The notes below the pieces were generated by a model. That model saw only the letters and a list, made by a program, of their open reading frames with translations, made no database searches and was not told the origin of the DNA. Both the position numbers and the translations under genes were made by a program. Shown one piece after another: positions 47,146-59,249 of a stretch of 64,000 nucleotides of DNA (the first letter of the stretch is position 1; each line of letters starts with the position of its first letter). The DNA is from Zygnema circumcarinatum SAG 698-1b (lineage: Eukaryota; Plantae; Zygnematophyceae): assembly GCA_037447605.1 (NCBI GenBank), contig CM074813.1:372001-436000 (forward strand). Reading direction: 5' to 3'.

Positions 47146-48265
47146 TCATGCCGCCCAAAAGAATGAGCGCACGACCGGCAGCACAAACATGAGGAGCACC
47201 GCCAAGTACTGCGGGACCGTATAGAGAAAAATATCTTTGGCCATTTTCCGCGCGGCGTAGCGGTACGAGTAGAGCGCGCGGAACACGACCCAGACGGCGC
47301 CCAGGACGGCGGCCACAGGGCCGCTCACGGAGAGACTGCAGAGGACGAGGGAGAGGGCGAAGAGAGGCTGCGGTCATTGGAGGGAGGCACACACACAGGG
47401 AAACACAGTTGGAAGGAATCAGTTAGACGGAACTGGCGTTCCATTGATGGCATGTGTTTGATTGAGTGTCGGAGACGTGGTACGAGAGTGACGGAAGCAG
47501 GAGTGGGGAGAAGAGGGAGAGAGGTCGTGGAGTGGAGAGAGGACAATTTTATGATAGATTGGAGAATGGAGAGAGAGACAGAGACAAGGAGCAAAGGAGA
47601 AAGAGAGGGAGAGGGAGAGAGAGAAAGAGGAAAGCGAGACAGAGAGTGAGTGAGAGAGAGAAAGGGAGCAGTGGAGAACACGAACATAAAGGTGGAGAGG
47701 GCGGAGAGGGAGAGAGCGAGGGGGGGGGAAGAGAACAGAGGGGAGAGAGCGCGAGGGGGAGGAGGGTAAGAGAGGGAGAGGGAGGACGAGGAGAGAGGTC
47801 TCACGTATTGTTCGACGAAGTTCATTTGTACTCGAAACAAGCGGTCGAAGTCGGGGTGTCCGCTCGTGGCCGGAGGGAAGATCCTGTGCTTGAACCGCGC
47901 TCGGCCCACCGAAAGGAGCAGCTGGAAAGACAACATGGTGAAATGTAAGATTTCAGCATACGAAATATAAATGGACTTCCTTATAGAAGAATAGAAGGAT
48001 GATTGAATGGAAACAGTGATACACTTTTCTTCTGAGCTGTTTCGATGACAGAGCGCGGAGGGGAAACGGAGAGAAGAGCAGAGCCCAATATGAGAGAGAG
48101 AGAGTGGGAAAGAGAGAGGGAAGAAAGGAGAGAGAGGCGCGAGGGAGAGAGAGAGAGAGACGAGCTGACCACGAAGTAGAGGAGCTGCGAAGCAAGCGCC
48201 ACGACAGCTGGCCACTTGAGATTGGCCGCCGCTCCGCCCCACTCCGTCAGCTCTATCATCGCCAT
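47146..48265 (-). CDS. MAPEG family membrane protein, copy B (inverted duplicate), 144 aa
   Basis: Exons 48265-48170, 47921-47805, 47367-47146, identical in size to copy A (96/117/222 nt). 8 amino-acid differences by hand comparison. Confidence 0.88.
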
Positions 48266-48656
48266 CGCCCCCCCCCCTCACTCTCTCTCTCTCTCTCTCT
48301 CTCCCTCTCACTCTCGTCTCCGCTCGCTCGCTCGCTTCTCCACTTTACCCCCCTATATTCCTCTTCCTCGCTTTCCTTCTCTCTACCTCTCTACCTCTCT
48401 GCTCTTTCTCCCTCGCTACAAGCTAATCCGACGGGTTTAAATCTTTAAGAAAGTCCAACACTAAAGCCTCCTTCAAGTCGACCCCTTTTCCTTGATTCCT
48501 TCGCTATACATCGTTTCTATTCTACTTTATGTATCCCCGAAATTCTCTCTGTCTCCTCTCCCTCTTCGTGCGAGCTGCCTCCCCTCTCTCTCTCTCCCTC
48601 TTGCATTTCGTGGGAGCCGCTCGTCCGTCAGCCTCCCGTCAGCCTACACGTTCCTT

Positions 48657-51600
48657 ATGCCTAGGCTAACGTCGTCGGAAGTCTCCAGGTAACTTCGCCA
48701 TATAACTACATTCAGGTGTCATCGGGGAAAGGCGTTATCTGCAATCCGGAAACGTCCGCGAAGGTCGGCCTTCATCAGTAACTATTTCTTTGTTCCTCCG
48801 AAACGCGTTTGTCGTTCGAAGAACTGGAACTGTGACGGGGTCGCATATGCTTCCCTGTTCGATAGTAACGACGAAGTAGAACGGCCCCTTGTAACTTGCT
48901 TCCTAACTGGAACGAAAACCCGTAACGGCTGTTAAATAGTAAGTACATGCGGGTCATTTCCGTAAATCCGGACCTTTCGTACAGCCGTTGGAATCTGTAC
49001 GGCTCATACGAGAGCCGTTGGATTCCAGAAGTTCCGTACTTGAGCGCCGTGGACGCAGTGGTCAGTGCTCCTAGCGGACTGGCTCGGGTTAAATTCACAT
49101 ACAACCGTAAGGTTCACAGCCAATTGGTGGGCGTAGCGTGAAGGAGCCGCAACCCACCGACATATTCGTACGCCCTCAATGCATCACCTTTTCCACCTTT
49201 ATGACCATCCGATACATCATTTTGTCGCGGATATACATAACATGTGGTATGTCGTACGCTGGTACATCACTTTTAATATGCGGAAAAGAAACTTTTGCAG
49301 TCTAAGCATATCCGTACTAGTATGTTGCTCCTCCCCTGCTCGTCTTCCTGAAGCAGAGGGCCAATTCCTGCAGGGCTTTGGAAGGGACTTGAGAGAAGCA
49401 CTGGGAGAGGGCGCCATTGATTAAAAGGATTCATTTAAACAAAAAAAGGGATAAAAAGAGTAACACATTAGCGAGGTGATATCGAAGAAAAGCAGCATGG
49501 GAAGGAGAAGGGCGGGAATGGAGAGAGGCGTCAGAAGGAAGGGGGAGGGAGAGGGAGAGGGCGAGGGAGGGGGAGACGGAGAAGGAGAGGGAGAGAGAGA
49601 GAGAATTGAAGGAAGAAAGAGGAAGAGAGGAGCAGGGAGGGAGAGGGACGAGGTGGAGGAAGAGGTCAAAGAGGAGGAAGAGGGTGGAGAAAAGGAGGGG
49701 GAAGAAGAGCAGGAAGGGGGAGAAAATGAGAGAGATGAGGGGAGGGAGAGGCGGAGGGGCCGGGAGAGAGGAGGAAGAGAGAAGAATGTGAGAGTTAGGG
49801 GGAGAGGGAGAGGGAGCAAGGAGAAGGTAGAGGAGGAGGAGGACGAGGAGGAGGAGAGGGGGATGAAGAGGGTGAGAGGGAAAGGGAGAGGGAGAGGGAG
49901 CAAGGAGAAGGTGGAGGAGGAGGAGGACGAGGAGGAAGAGAGGGGGATGAAGAGGGTGAGAGGGAGAGGGAGAGGGAGAGGTAGAATGGAGGAGGAGGCG
50001 AAGGAGGCGGAGGAGGATAAGGAGAGGCAGGGAAAGAAGGCGAGAGGGAGACGGAAAGGAGAAGCAAACGGGGAAGGGAGGGGGCGAAGGGGTGGGAGGG
50101 AGGAGAGTGAGGCGGAGAGTACGGAAGAGATGGAAGAGGATAGTGAGGACGAGAGTGAGACGGTGGTAGAGAGTGAAGAGGAGAGTGAGAAAGAGAGGGG
50201 AAGGAGAAGGAGAGGGAGCGGGAGAGGGAGTGGAAGGGGGAGGAAGGGAGGAGGAGGAAGGAGAAAGACGGAGAGGAAAGCGAAGTGGCAGCGAGAGAAG
50301 CGGTTGGAGGGAGAGGAGCATGATGGAGAGAAGAAGGATTGGGAGATAGAGCTGGAGGAGAGAGAGAAGGCACTGGAGGAGGGGAGGGAGGAGGAGTGGA
50401 GTGGGAGAGGGAAGGAGGCCGTGAGAGAGAGGGAGCCTCCGCCGGAGCTTCTTATGCCTCTTCTGCCTTTCCAGAAGGAGTGGCTGGCCTGGAGTATCCT
50501 GCAGGTAAAGCCTCAATTCTAAATTTTTCGAATTGCGAAGGGGAGTGGTATTTTGTTTCTGGTGTTTAATTAACTGTTTATCTATTTGATGATTAACTTG
50601 TTTATGAAATTATGTAGCTAAAGTAACTTCTAAATGTATCGCCTCTAATTCCGGTTGGGTGCAGGAAGAAGGCGAAATCAAAGGCGGCATTTTGGCCGAT
50701 GAAATGGGAATGGGAAAAACAATTCAAGCTATCTCCCTCATTGTCACAGCGCGACACCTGTCACGGGCGCGCCAGCTGGCACCTGAAGAAGCCTCCGCCA
50801 ATCCTGCCCTGCCGCTTGGCACCCTCTCAACGGTGCCAGCTGGCGCCCTCCCATTGGCGACACCTGTCATTCGTCCCATGATTTCTCTCAAACGGAGCAG
50901 AAAACCGGAACAAGGGGCGTCCAATGAGGCTCCGCCGGCCAATGCAAGCGCGCCAGCTGGACCTCTGCCGCCGCCAGGTGGCAAGCCAGGAGAGGCCAGT
51001 TCTGGGCGTCATGCCACGGTGGCAAATGCTCAGAATGGAAGAGCCCCACAGGGACCCCTTTTGTCAGCAAGTAAGACAAAAGCTTCAGGTGAAAAACCGG
51101 CGCTGCCTCAGGTGAAAGCAACACTAGTGATTTGTCCTTTAGTGGCCGTCATCCAATGGAGGCAGGAGATCGCACGCTTCACGGCTCCGGGAAGCGTGAA
51201 GGTCGATCCTCTCTCTCTCTCTCCTCCTCTCTCTCTCTCCTTCTGTGCCTCTCTCTCCCCTGTTCCATCCCATCCCCTTAAAGTAAAGAAACAGCAGTAT
51301 TATAAAGTCATTCATATGAAATTTATCAACCATTTGATGGATTCGTGCAGAAGTTGATGAATTGGGTCTTTGTTTTCTTTTTATTATTATTTTTTAATAG
51401 GTTTTGGTTTATCATGGTCCAAAACGAGCCATAGATTTGGCGACCCTATCAGAATTCGACGTTGTTTTATCGACTTATGCAATCGTTGAAGGGGAGCACC
51501 GAAAGCATGTGATGCCCGACAAAAAAGAATGTAAATGGTGTGGCAGAAAATTTTATCCTGACCGGCTCGTTGTGCACCAAAGGTTTTTCTGCGGGCCGGA

Positions 51601-54600
51601 CGCAAAAAGAAGTGAAAAACAGCAGAAAACAGAGAAAAAAAAGGGAGTAGAGTCGTCCGGGCAAAAGAAGAAAAAAATTTCCGACACAAAGAAAAAGGTT
51701 TTGGATGAGGAAACGAGTGAAGAGGAGGAAAGGGAAGAGAAGGGGGCAGGGAAAAAAGGCTGGAGAGGGGGAAAAACTAGTGGTGGAAAAAGGGCAAGAA
51801 AACATTCGGGCAGGGGAAAAAAGTTAAGTGAGGAGGACCTGAAGGAGGCCCTAGACTATGCTGTGGAGGAGACGGAGTGGGAGAGAGGGAGAGAGGGAGA
51901 AGGAGGACACTCCGTGCTGCATGCTGTCAAGTGGGAGCGCATAGTTCTCGATGAGGTGAGGTCACTCTCTGGTATGGGGAGGGAGGGAGAGGGAGAGAGG
52001 GAGAGTGGGGCAAAAAGCAGGAGGTGCGAACGAGGAGGCAGGCACACGGAAGGAGACGATGAGGGAGGGGAGGGGGAGGGATAGTGGACGAGGGAGGGAC
52101 GGAGAGTGGAAGCGGGAGTTGGAATGGGTGAGCGAGTTGATTTGCCTGAGACGTAGGTTGTACCTTCAGCAATAGCCAAAGCATGGGGCCCCTCTCTGTG
52201 TCTCCCTCTCTCTCTTTCTAATGTGTCTATCTCCCTCCCCTGGCTCTCTCTTTCTGTTCTGTCTTCCCCCTCCCCCCCTCNNNNNNNNNNTCTCCCTCTC
52301 CCCCTCTCCCTCCCCCTCCCCCAGGCCCACTCTATAAAGGACCGGCGGTGCAGCACGGCCAAGGCGGTGTTTGCGTTGGAGGCGAACTTTCGGTGGGCTC
52401 TGAGTGGGACCCCTCTGCAGAACCGAGTGGGGGAGCTATATTCGCTGGTGGGATATTATACCCCATTTGTGCTCCATTTTCATACTCTTTATTTAAGTAT
52501 TGTATTGGTCTTTACTTCAGATATTTGGTAGGTTTTGGAGTCTTTGTTTGGTGAAGTAATATGAGGCGTTTGAGTTTTATGGTTCTCGAATGGTTGACCT
52601 ACTGCAGGTGCGTTACTTGAGAATTGACCCGTACTCATTCTACTTTTGCCGGAAATGTGAATGTCAGTCTCTCGACTACAGGTAGTTTCCACTCTCTTGC
52701 TTTCCTTATTTTATCTTCCCGGATAAATCTCCGAATTCTGGTAATAGTCATGCCCAAAAACAACCTAGGTCTGCTTTTTAGGGTTTTAGCCTTCTGGCCT
52801 TTTCTCACCATCCCTTTCCCTCATCTCCCTCTCTCCATCCTCTCCTCTGTTCCTCCTCCTTTCTCTGATTTCCTGGTTGCCCTTGTCTTCGTGCTCCTTC
52901 ATTCTGCATCCCTCCCCTTCTTTGCATTTTCTCGCCCCTCCCCCTCTCCCCCCTCCTTCTTCCCCCCTCTCCCCCCTCCCTCCCTCCCTTCCTCCCCCTC
53001 GTCCGCCCCCCCCTTCTTCCCACCTCTCCCCCCTCCCTTCCTCCCTTCGTCCCCCTCTCCCCCCCCCCCCTNNNNNNNNNNCCCCCCCCCCCCCCTTCTT
53101 TCCACCTCTCCCTCCCTCCCTCCCTCCCTCCAGTTTTTCCGCGGGCCACCGGAAATGCTCCCTCTGTGGCTGCTCCCCTCTCAGCCACTTCTGCTGGTGG
53201 AACAAGGTGCGACACGTGTCACGCCCCCCCCCTTTTCCATGCAGTTTTTTTTTTTTTTTACATGTAAATCTTCACTTCAAACTCAATCACTACTGCTGTA
53301 CTGCCCTTCTATGTACGGATTGAAGTTTCCCCGTTCCCTCCCTCCTCTCTCTCCTTTCCTCTTTCCCCCTCTCTTCTCGCCTCGATGGGTTCTTTGTGTA
53401 ACGGAGCTCAGTTTTGTCTGCAGTTTGTGGCAAATCCCATAAAGAAGTTTGGTTACGTACTGGACGGCCGCCGTTCCATGCTTCTGTTGAAGCACCGTGT
53501 GCTGTCACGGATTCTGTTGCGGAGAACTAAAACGGAAAGAGCAGCTGACCTCACGTTGCCTCCTCGATACGTGTGTCTCTTTCTCCCTTTTGCCAGTGCA
53601 CCCGAGAGGCGTCTCTCTCTCCCTCTCTCTCTCTTTCTCATTTTCTATCTCTCTCTCTCTCCTTCTGTCTCTTTCTCTCTCTCCCTCCCTCAATTTCTCT
53701 CTCTCTCTCTCTCTTTCTCTTTCTCTCTCTCTCGTCCTCGTTCTCTCTCTCTCTTTCTCTTCTCTCTCTCTCTTTCTCTTTCTCTCTCTCTCTCTTTCTC
53801 TTTTTCTCTCTCTCTTTCACTTTCTCTCTCTCTCATTCTCGTTTTCTCTCTCTCTCTCTTCCTCGTTCTCTCTCTTTCTTTCTCTTGCTCTCTCTCTCTT
53901 TCTCTTTCTCTCTCTCTCTCTCTTTCTCTTTCTCTCTCTCTCTCTCTCTTTCTCTTTTTTTCTCTCTCTCTCTCTCTCTCTCTCCCTCTCTCTCTCCCTC
54001 TCTCTCTCTGTGTGTTTCCCCCCACACCCCACCCGTCTTATTTTGAACGTTTTCCGACTTCAGATTTTGTCGTCTTTTGTCCCCTGAGGGAGCCACGTGG
54101 CATGCTGCAGTTGACTCTTCGCCGAGACGCATTCGATGCGCGCGAGGAGGACTTCTACCAAGCGCTCTACACTCAGAGCCAATCGCAGTTCGCCACGTAA
54201 GTAGTCTGAGTGGTTGACTTTTGGAGATAGAGTCATCATGGGGCTGGTTGACTTTATGGAGATGATGTCATCGGCAATTGGAAGATGGGAGCGCTGTTAA
54301 CATAACGAGTCGGGTGTGACGTCACGGAGGGAGGGAGTGTAGAAGGGCTGATTTTTTTTTTTTCACCTTTAATCACATATCCCTATGAGCTGATTTTGAT
54401 AGCGGTTCATATTCTGCTCTTTTTGTTGTTCCATGTTGTGCAGGTATGTGGATGCGGGCACAGTCGTTAATAATTACGCGCACATCTTCGATTTATTGAT
54501 TCGCCTGCGCCAGGTCAGCCCTAATCCTGTCAGCTTCTGATGAACCAAAAAAATCGAGTTTAGTTCGATCTATGTCCAAATTTTTCCTTATTTTTAAGGA

Positions 54601-54842
54601 AAAAAAAGGTGTACCTGTAATTATTTATATTTCTACATTTCTAAATTTTCCCCCTCCTCTTTTTAAAAAATTTGCAGGCGGTCGATCATCCTTACCTGGT
54701 GGTGCATTCCGCTGTGGCCTATGGCGCGCTGCCACGTGGCACGGAGGAGAGAGAGAGCGTGTGTGGAATCTGCCACGATCCTCCGGAAGATCTGACGGTG
54801 GGATACAGCTGGCATGGAACCTTCTAGAAGAATCTCTCCCTT

Positions 54843-54873
<31 letters not shown>

Positions 54874-57301
54874 GCTATCTCCTTCACTCCCTTTCATCCC
54901 CTTCCCTCTCTCACCCTCTCTCCCTCTATGCCTTCTCCACTACCTCATGTCAAAATTAACGTCCAATCCTATAGTGGTTTTGCTTATGCTATTTCTTTGG
55001 ACGGCCATGATGTTGCCAGGTGTCAGCCTGTCAGCACATCTTCTGCAGATCTTGCCTTCAGGATTACATTTCCGGATTCAGTACAACCGACATTCCGGAA
55101 GGTTCTGGAAGTTCGTCCGGAAAGAGGAAGGGGCCGGAATGTCCTTCCTGCGGGAAGCCATTGACTGTGGACTTGTCGGGAACAGCGGGAGAGGGAGGGA
55201 GAGGAGGGAGAGGAGGGGGAGGGGGAGAGGAGGGAGGAGGGAGAGGATTGCCAGGTGGCAGCAGGAGGAGGAAGAGCATTCTCGACAGAATTAACGGGAA
55301 AGACTTTCAGAGCAGTACTAAGATCGAAGCGCTGGTGAGTATTGAGAAACATTTAAAATATTAAAGCAAAATTAACATAAATAAAAGAAGGGAGTGAGGA
55401 AAGGTCTATTGGAAATTGGTTCTTGTTTGAAACGAGTACTCGTGAGAGGGTTTATGAGAAGGGTGGGAGGGGCGGGAGGGAGGGAGAGTGTGTCTGGGAG
55501 AGAGGGAGCAGAAGATGGTGGAGGATGACCCGGCGGCGAAGGCGCTCGTCTTCAGTCAGTTCACCTCCATGCTCGACCTCATCGCCTTCCGGCTCGGACA
55601 GGTGATGGGAGGGAGGAGAGGGAGTGGAGTGGAGGAGGAGTGAGTGATATAGCTGAGGAGGAGTGAGTGGAGTGGAGTGAGTGAAGGAGTGGGAGGAGTG
55701 AGGGAGGGAGTGGCGGAGGAGGAGTGGAGTGAGGAGTGAGTGGGAGGAGGGAGGGCGGAGTGAGTGAGTGGGAGGAGGAGGCGGGAGGCAAGGGAGGTGG
55801 GAGGGAGGGAGGGAGGGAGGGAGAGGGAGGGAGGGAGGGAAGGCGGGAGTGGGTGGAGTGGGGGAGGGAGGAGGAGGGAGGGGCGGGAGGGAGGAGGGGA
55901 GGGAGGGAGGGAGAGAGGGGGAGTGGGAGGGAGGGAGGAGAGCGATACGAGGGATTGAAGAAGGAGAGGAGGGAGGGAGGGAAGGGATGAGAGTGGGAGG
56001 GGAGGGATGAAGCGAAGTGGGGAAAGACTAGAGTGCCCCTTGCCTTTGCCTGCAACATCGAATTTTCTTTCTTGGTGGTGGGTAAGGTGGTGTAGGAGGT
56101 GGTAGTGATGCGAGAGAGGGTGAGGGAGAGAGGGTGGTGCAGGTGGGAGTGCGCTCTGTGAGGCTTGACGGCAGCATGAGCATGGAGGCGCGGGACCGCA
56201 TGATCACCAGCTTTACTCACGACCCCGGACTGCAAGGTGGGAGAGTGAGAGGGAGGGAGTGTGGGAGTGTGAGAGTGAGGAGGGAGGGGAGTGTATGAGG
56301 AGTGGGGAGAGGGAGGGGGAGGTGAGAGGGAGGGGGGAGGGGGGAGAGGGAGGGAGGGGGGAGGAGGGAGGGGAGGGGAGAGGGAGGGAGGGGAGAGGAG
56401 GTGGAGGGGAGGAGGGAGGGAGTGAGAGGGAGGGGGGAGGGGGAGAGGGAGGGAGGGGAGAGGGAGGGGAGGGGGGGAGAGGGAGTGGGGGAGGGGAGAG
56501 GAGGGAGGGAGGGGGGAGAGGGAGGGGAAGGGGGAGGGAGGGAGTGTGAGTGAGGTGAGAGGAGTGTGAGGGAGTGGGAGGAGGGGGAGGAGGAGTGAGT
56601 GGGAGGGAGGGAGTGTGGAGGGGAGTGTGAGTGGAGAGGGAGGGAGGGAGGAAGGGAGTGTGAGTGAGGGGAGTGGGGAGGAGGGGGAGGAGGGAGTGGG
56701 GGAGAGGGAGGGGAGGGAGAGGGAGGGGGAGGGGAGAGGGAGTGGGAGGGGGAGAGGGAGGGAGGGGAGAGGGAGGAGGGGGGAGAGGAGGAGTGTGAGA
56801 GGAGGAGGGGAGGGAGGGAGGGGAGAGGAGTGTAGGGAGAGGAGGTGTGGAGGGGGAGGAGGAGGGGAGAGGGAGGGGAGGGAGGAGAGTGAGGAGAGGG
56901 AGGGAGGGGAGGGGGGAGGAGGGGGAGGGGAGAGGAGAGGGAGGAGTGAGGGAGGGAGGGAGGGGAGGAGTGTGGTGATGTGATGCTATGTGAGTGTGAG
57001 GAGTGATGGGAGGAGTGGAGGGAGTGTGTGGAGGGAGGGAGTGGGGAGACTGAGCTGTCTCTTTCTTTATTGAGAGACTTTCGCTTTTGGAAAAGGCAGT
57101 GAAACGGATTTAGAGGGTGATTGCAGAAGGGTATCTGCGCCCTGATTGGCCACGTGGCTCTTTCTTATTGGTCGCAGGTTTTCCTGATGAGTCTGAAGGC
57201 GGGCGGCGTCGCGCTCAATCTGACGGTGGCGTCCCATGTGAGTCGTTGTTTCCGTTCAGTTAAACTGCAGTTAAACTGATGCCTTTCATGCCTTCATGGG
57301 A

Positions 57302-57365
<64 letters not shown>

Positions 57366-58384
57366 TGTCTGGGTTCTGTTTTATTGTATTTCAGGGCGAT
57401 ACTCAGCGTGGGTTCAGCGTAAGGGTTCGAACTCTTCTGAAGTTGCAAACGGTTTAACTGCTCGTTTTCGGTAATCTGAAGTAACGGTAAATAGTTGGAC
57501 TGGTTTCCGTTGAACTGTGAGTGCAGGTGTTCCTCATGGACCCCTGGTGGAACCCTGCTGTGGAGCAACAGGCGCAGGATCGGATCCACCGTCTCGGACA
57601 GTACAAGCCTGTGCAGTAAGATCAGATCAACTTTCAAATAAAGATCAAGGTCTAGATCAGGATCAGGATCAAGCTTAAAATTATGACGAAGGTGGAATGG
57701 AAGGTTGATCCTGGTCAAGTTTAACATCAAGGCCAACATTGAGGATGTGGATAACTATTTTCGGATGCAGCCAGTTTTGGCGTCATATTTAGGTTTTTTC
57801 CCTTTTGTGGCCCGGGTTTGGGACGGCTGGTCCAATCAGAGGTATCCACGTGGCACTTTTTAGAAATTCATGGTGATGATTGGTGGTTTCCTGCTGCAGA
57901 GTAACTCGGTTTGTGATTGAGAACACGATCGAAGAGCGGATTTTGAAGCTCCAAGAGAAGAAGCAATTGGTGTTTGAAGGGTGAGAGCCCGCTCCTCTAC
58001 TCTCTCCCGTTCTCTCTCTCCTTCTCCGTTCCCTTCCCCTTCTCTTTGCCCTCTCGTTCTGCCTCCTACTCCCCCTCTCCCTCTCCATTCCCTTCTCCAT
58101 CTCCCTCGTCCTTTCTCACTCCCTTTCCCTCGTCCTATTTCCCCCCTTCCTATTTCTCCCCCTTCCCCCTTCCCCTCCCCCTCTGCTTTGGCCTCTGCCT
58201 CTCCCTCGTAGTCCCTCTCTGCCTCTGCCTCTCCCTCTCCCTCGTACCCCCCCTCCCCTTCTCCCACTCCCTCTCCCTCACACCCTCTCTCTCGATCTCT
58301 CTCTCTTTCAGTACGGTCGGGGGGTCCTCGGAGGCAATCGGAAGACTGACGGAAGAAGACTTGCGCTTTTTGTTCTCCAATTGA
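48657..58384 (+). CDS. RAD16: RAD16-like SNF2 helicase with RING finger (DNA repair)
   Basis: Exons: 48657-48688 (tentative; alternative start ATG 49497), 49472-50504, 50665-51201, 51401-51955, 52325-52447, 52608-52681, 53134-53206, 53424-53570, 54111-54196, 54444-54513, 54678-54797, 55020-55334, ~55503-55601, 56143-56236, 57178-57237, 57527-57615, 57900-57980, 58312-58384. Motifs [31 protein letters not shown] (CGIC...CQHIFCRSC...CPSC), [25 protein letters not shown] and [11 protein letters not shown]. Confidence 0.93.
55602..57050. repeat. G/A-rich low-complexity arrays filling two RAD16 introns
   Basis: GGAG/GGGA/GAGT runs at 55602-55990 and 56237-57050. Confidence 0.9.
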
Positions 58385-59249
58385 ATGTTCGCACACTCGC
58401 ACGTGTGAACACGGATCAACCTTCCTGCAAAGCGGGGCAGCGACCCCCCTCTCCCCTCGTCCCCCCTTTGCCATCTGCTTCTCATTTGGCACTCAAATTC
58501 ATCATTCATTGTGCACCCACGAAGTGATGCAATACATGTTCTTGTTGTACAACGTTGTTGCTTCAAACATGGGTCGACTCCTATTATGAGAAGTAAGGAT
58601 TTTGGTTCCATGCCGGGGGGGTTGCTCGACTGAAAGTGCAGTTACTGGTTATGGCAGTGGAAGTGCAATCTGCCCCCTTTGAAAAAATATTGTTTTTCAT
58701 GCATTCTTTCGTTTCCAGTTGGTTCTGCTTCTGAATTTGGTGATTTTCCGACTTCGTTTGGTTGCTTTTTTGGTCTTGATGTATTTCTGGGTCGATCTGT
58801 ACTCAATCTCAACGGAACTTTCCGCATGTTCGTGCCCACGCCAACAAGGTTTTTTTTGTTTTTTTTTTTTTTTTAAAGGGGCAACTCGGTCTCCCACTCA
58901 AAAGCCTCGTCTCCATTGCGAATTAGATTCGGCCATCTTCCAATCGCACTCCGCCTCATATTAAAAATGCAAAAAATCGTACGTGGAAATTCTTGCCTTT
59001 TGCTTCTCAAAAGGGCGCAGAGTTTGCCAGGTCAATGTTCCGATATATCCCGACACTTGACAATATAACTCGATACGTATCGATTCAGAAATATATCGAC
59101 TTAATATCCCGATACTGGTTTTTTCACTTCACTCGTGTTACGGTCCCACTGGAACCGCGCTTGAAAGGCGCGAGGACACGTCACCACCAGCTGCCCTCGT
59201 GCGCCCGCCACGTGGCACGTCCCGCGCCTGCCACGCGTCAGGCGCGGCC

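Noticed and set aside
49431-50516. 361-aa minus-strand Leu/Pro/Ser-rich ORF
   Set aside because: Antisense shadow of the acidic/basic low-complexity N-terminal exon of RAD16, which runs in frame into conserved [12 protein letters not shown].
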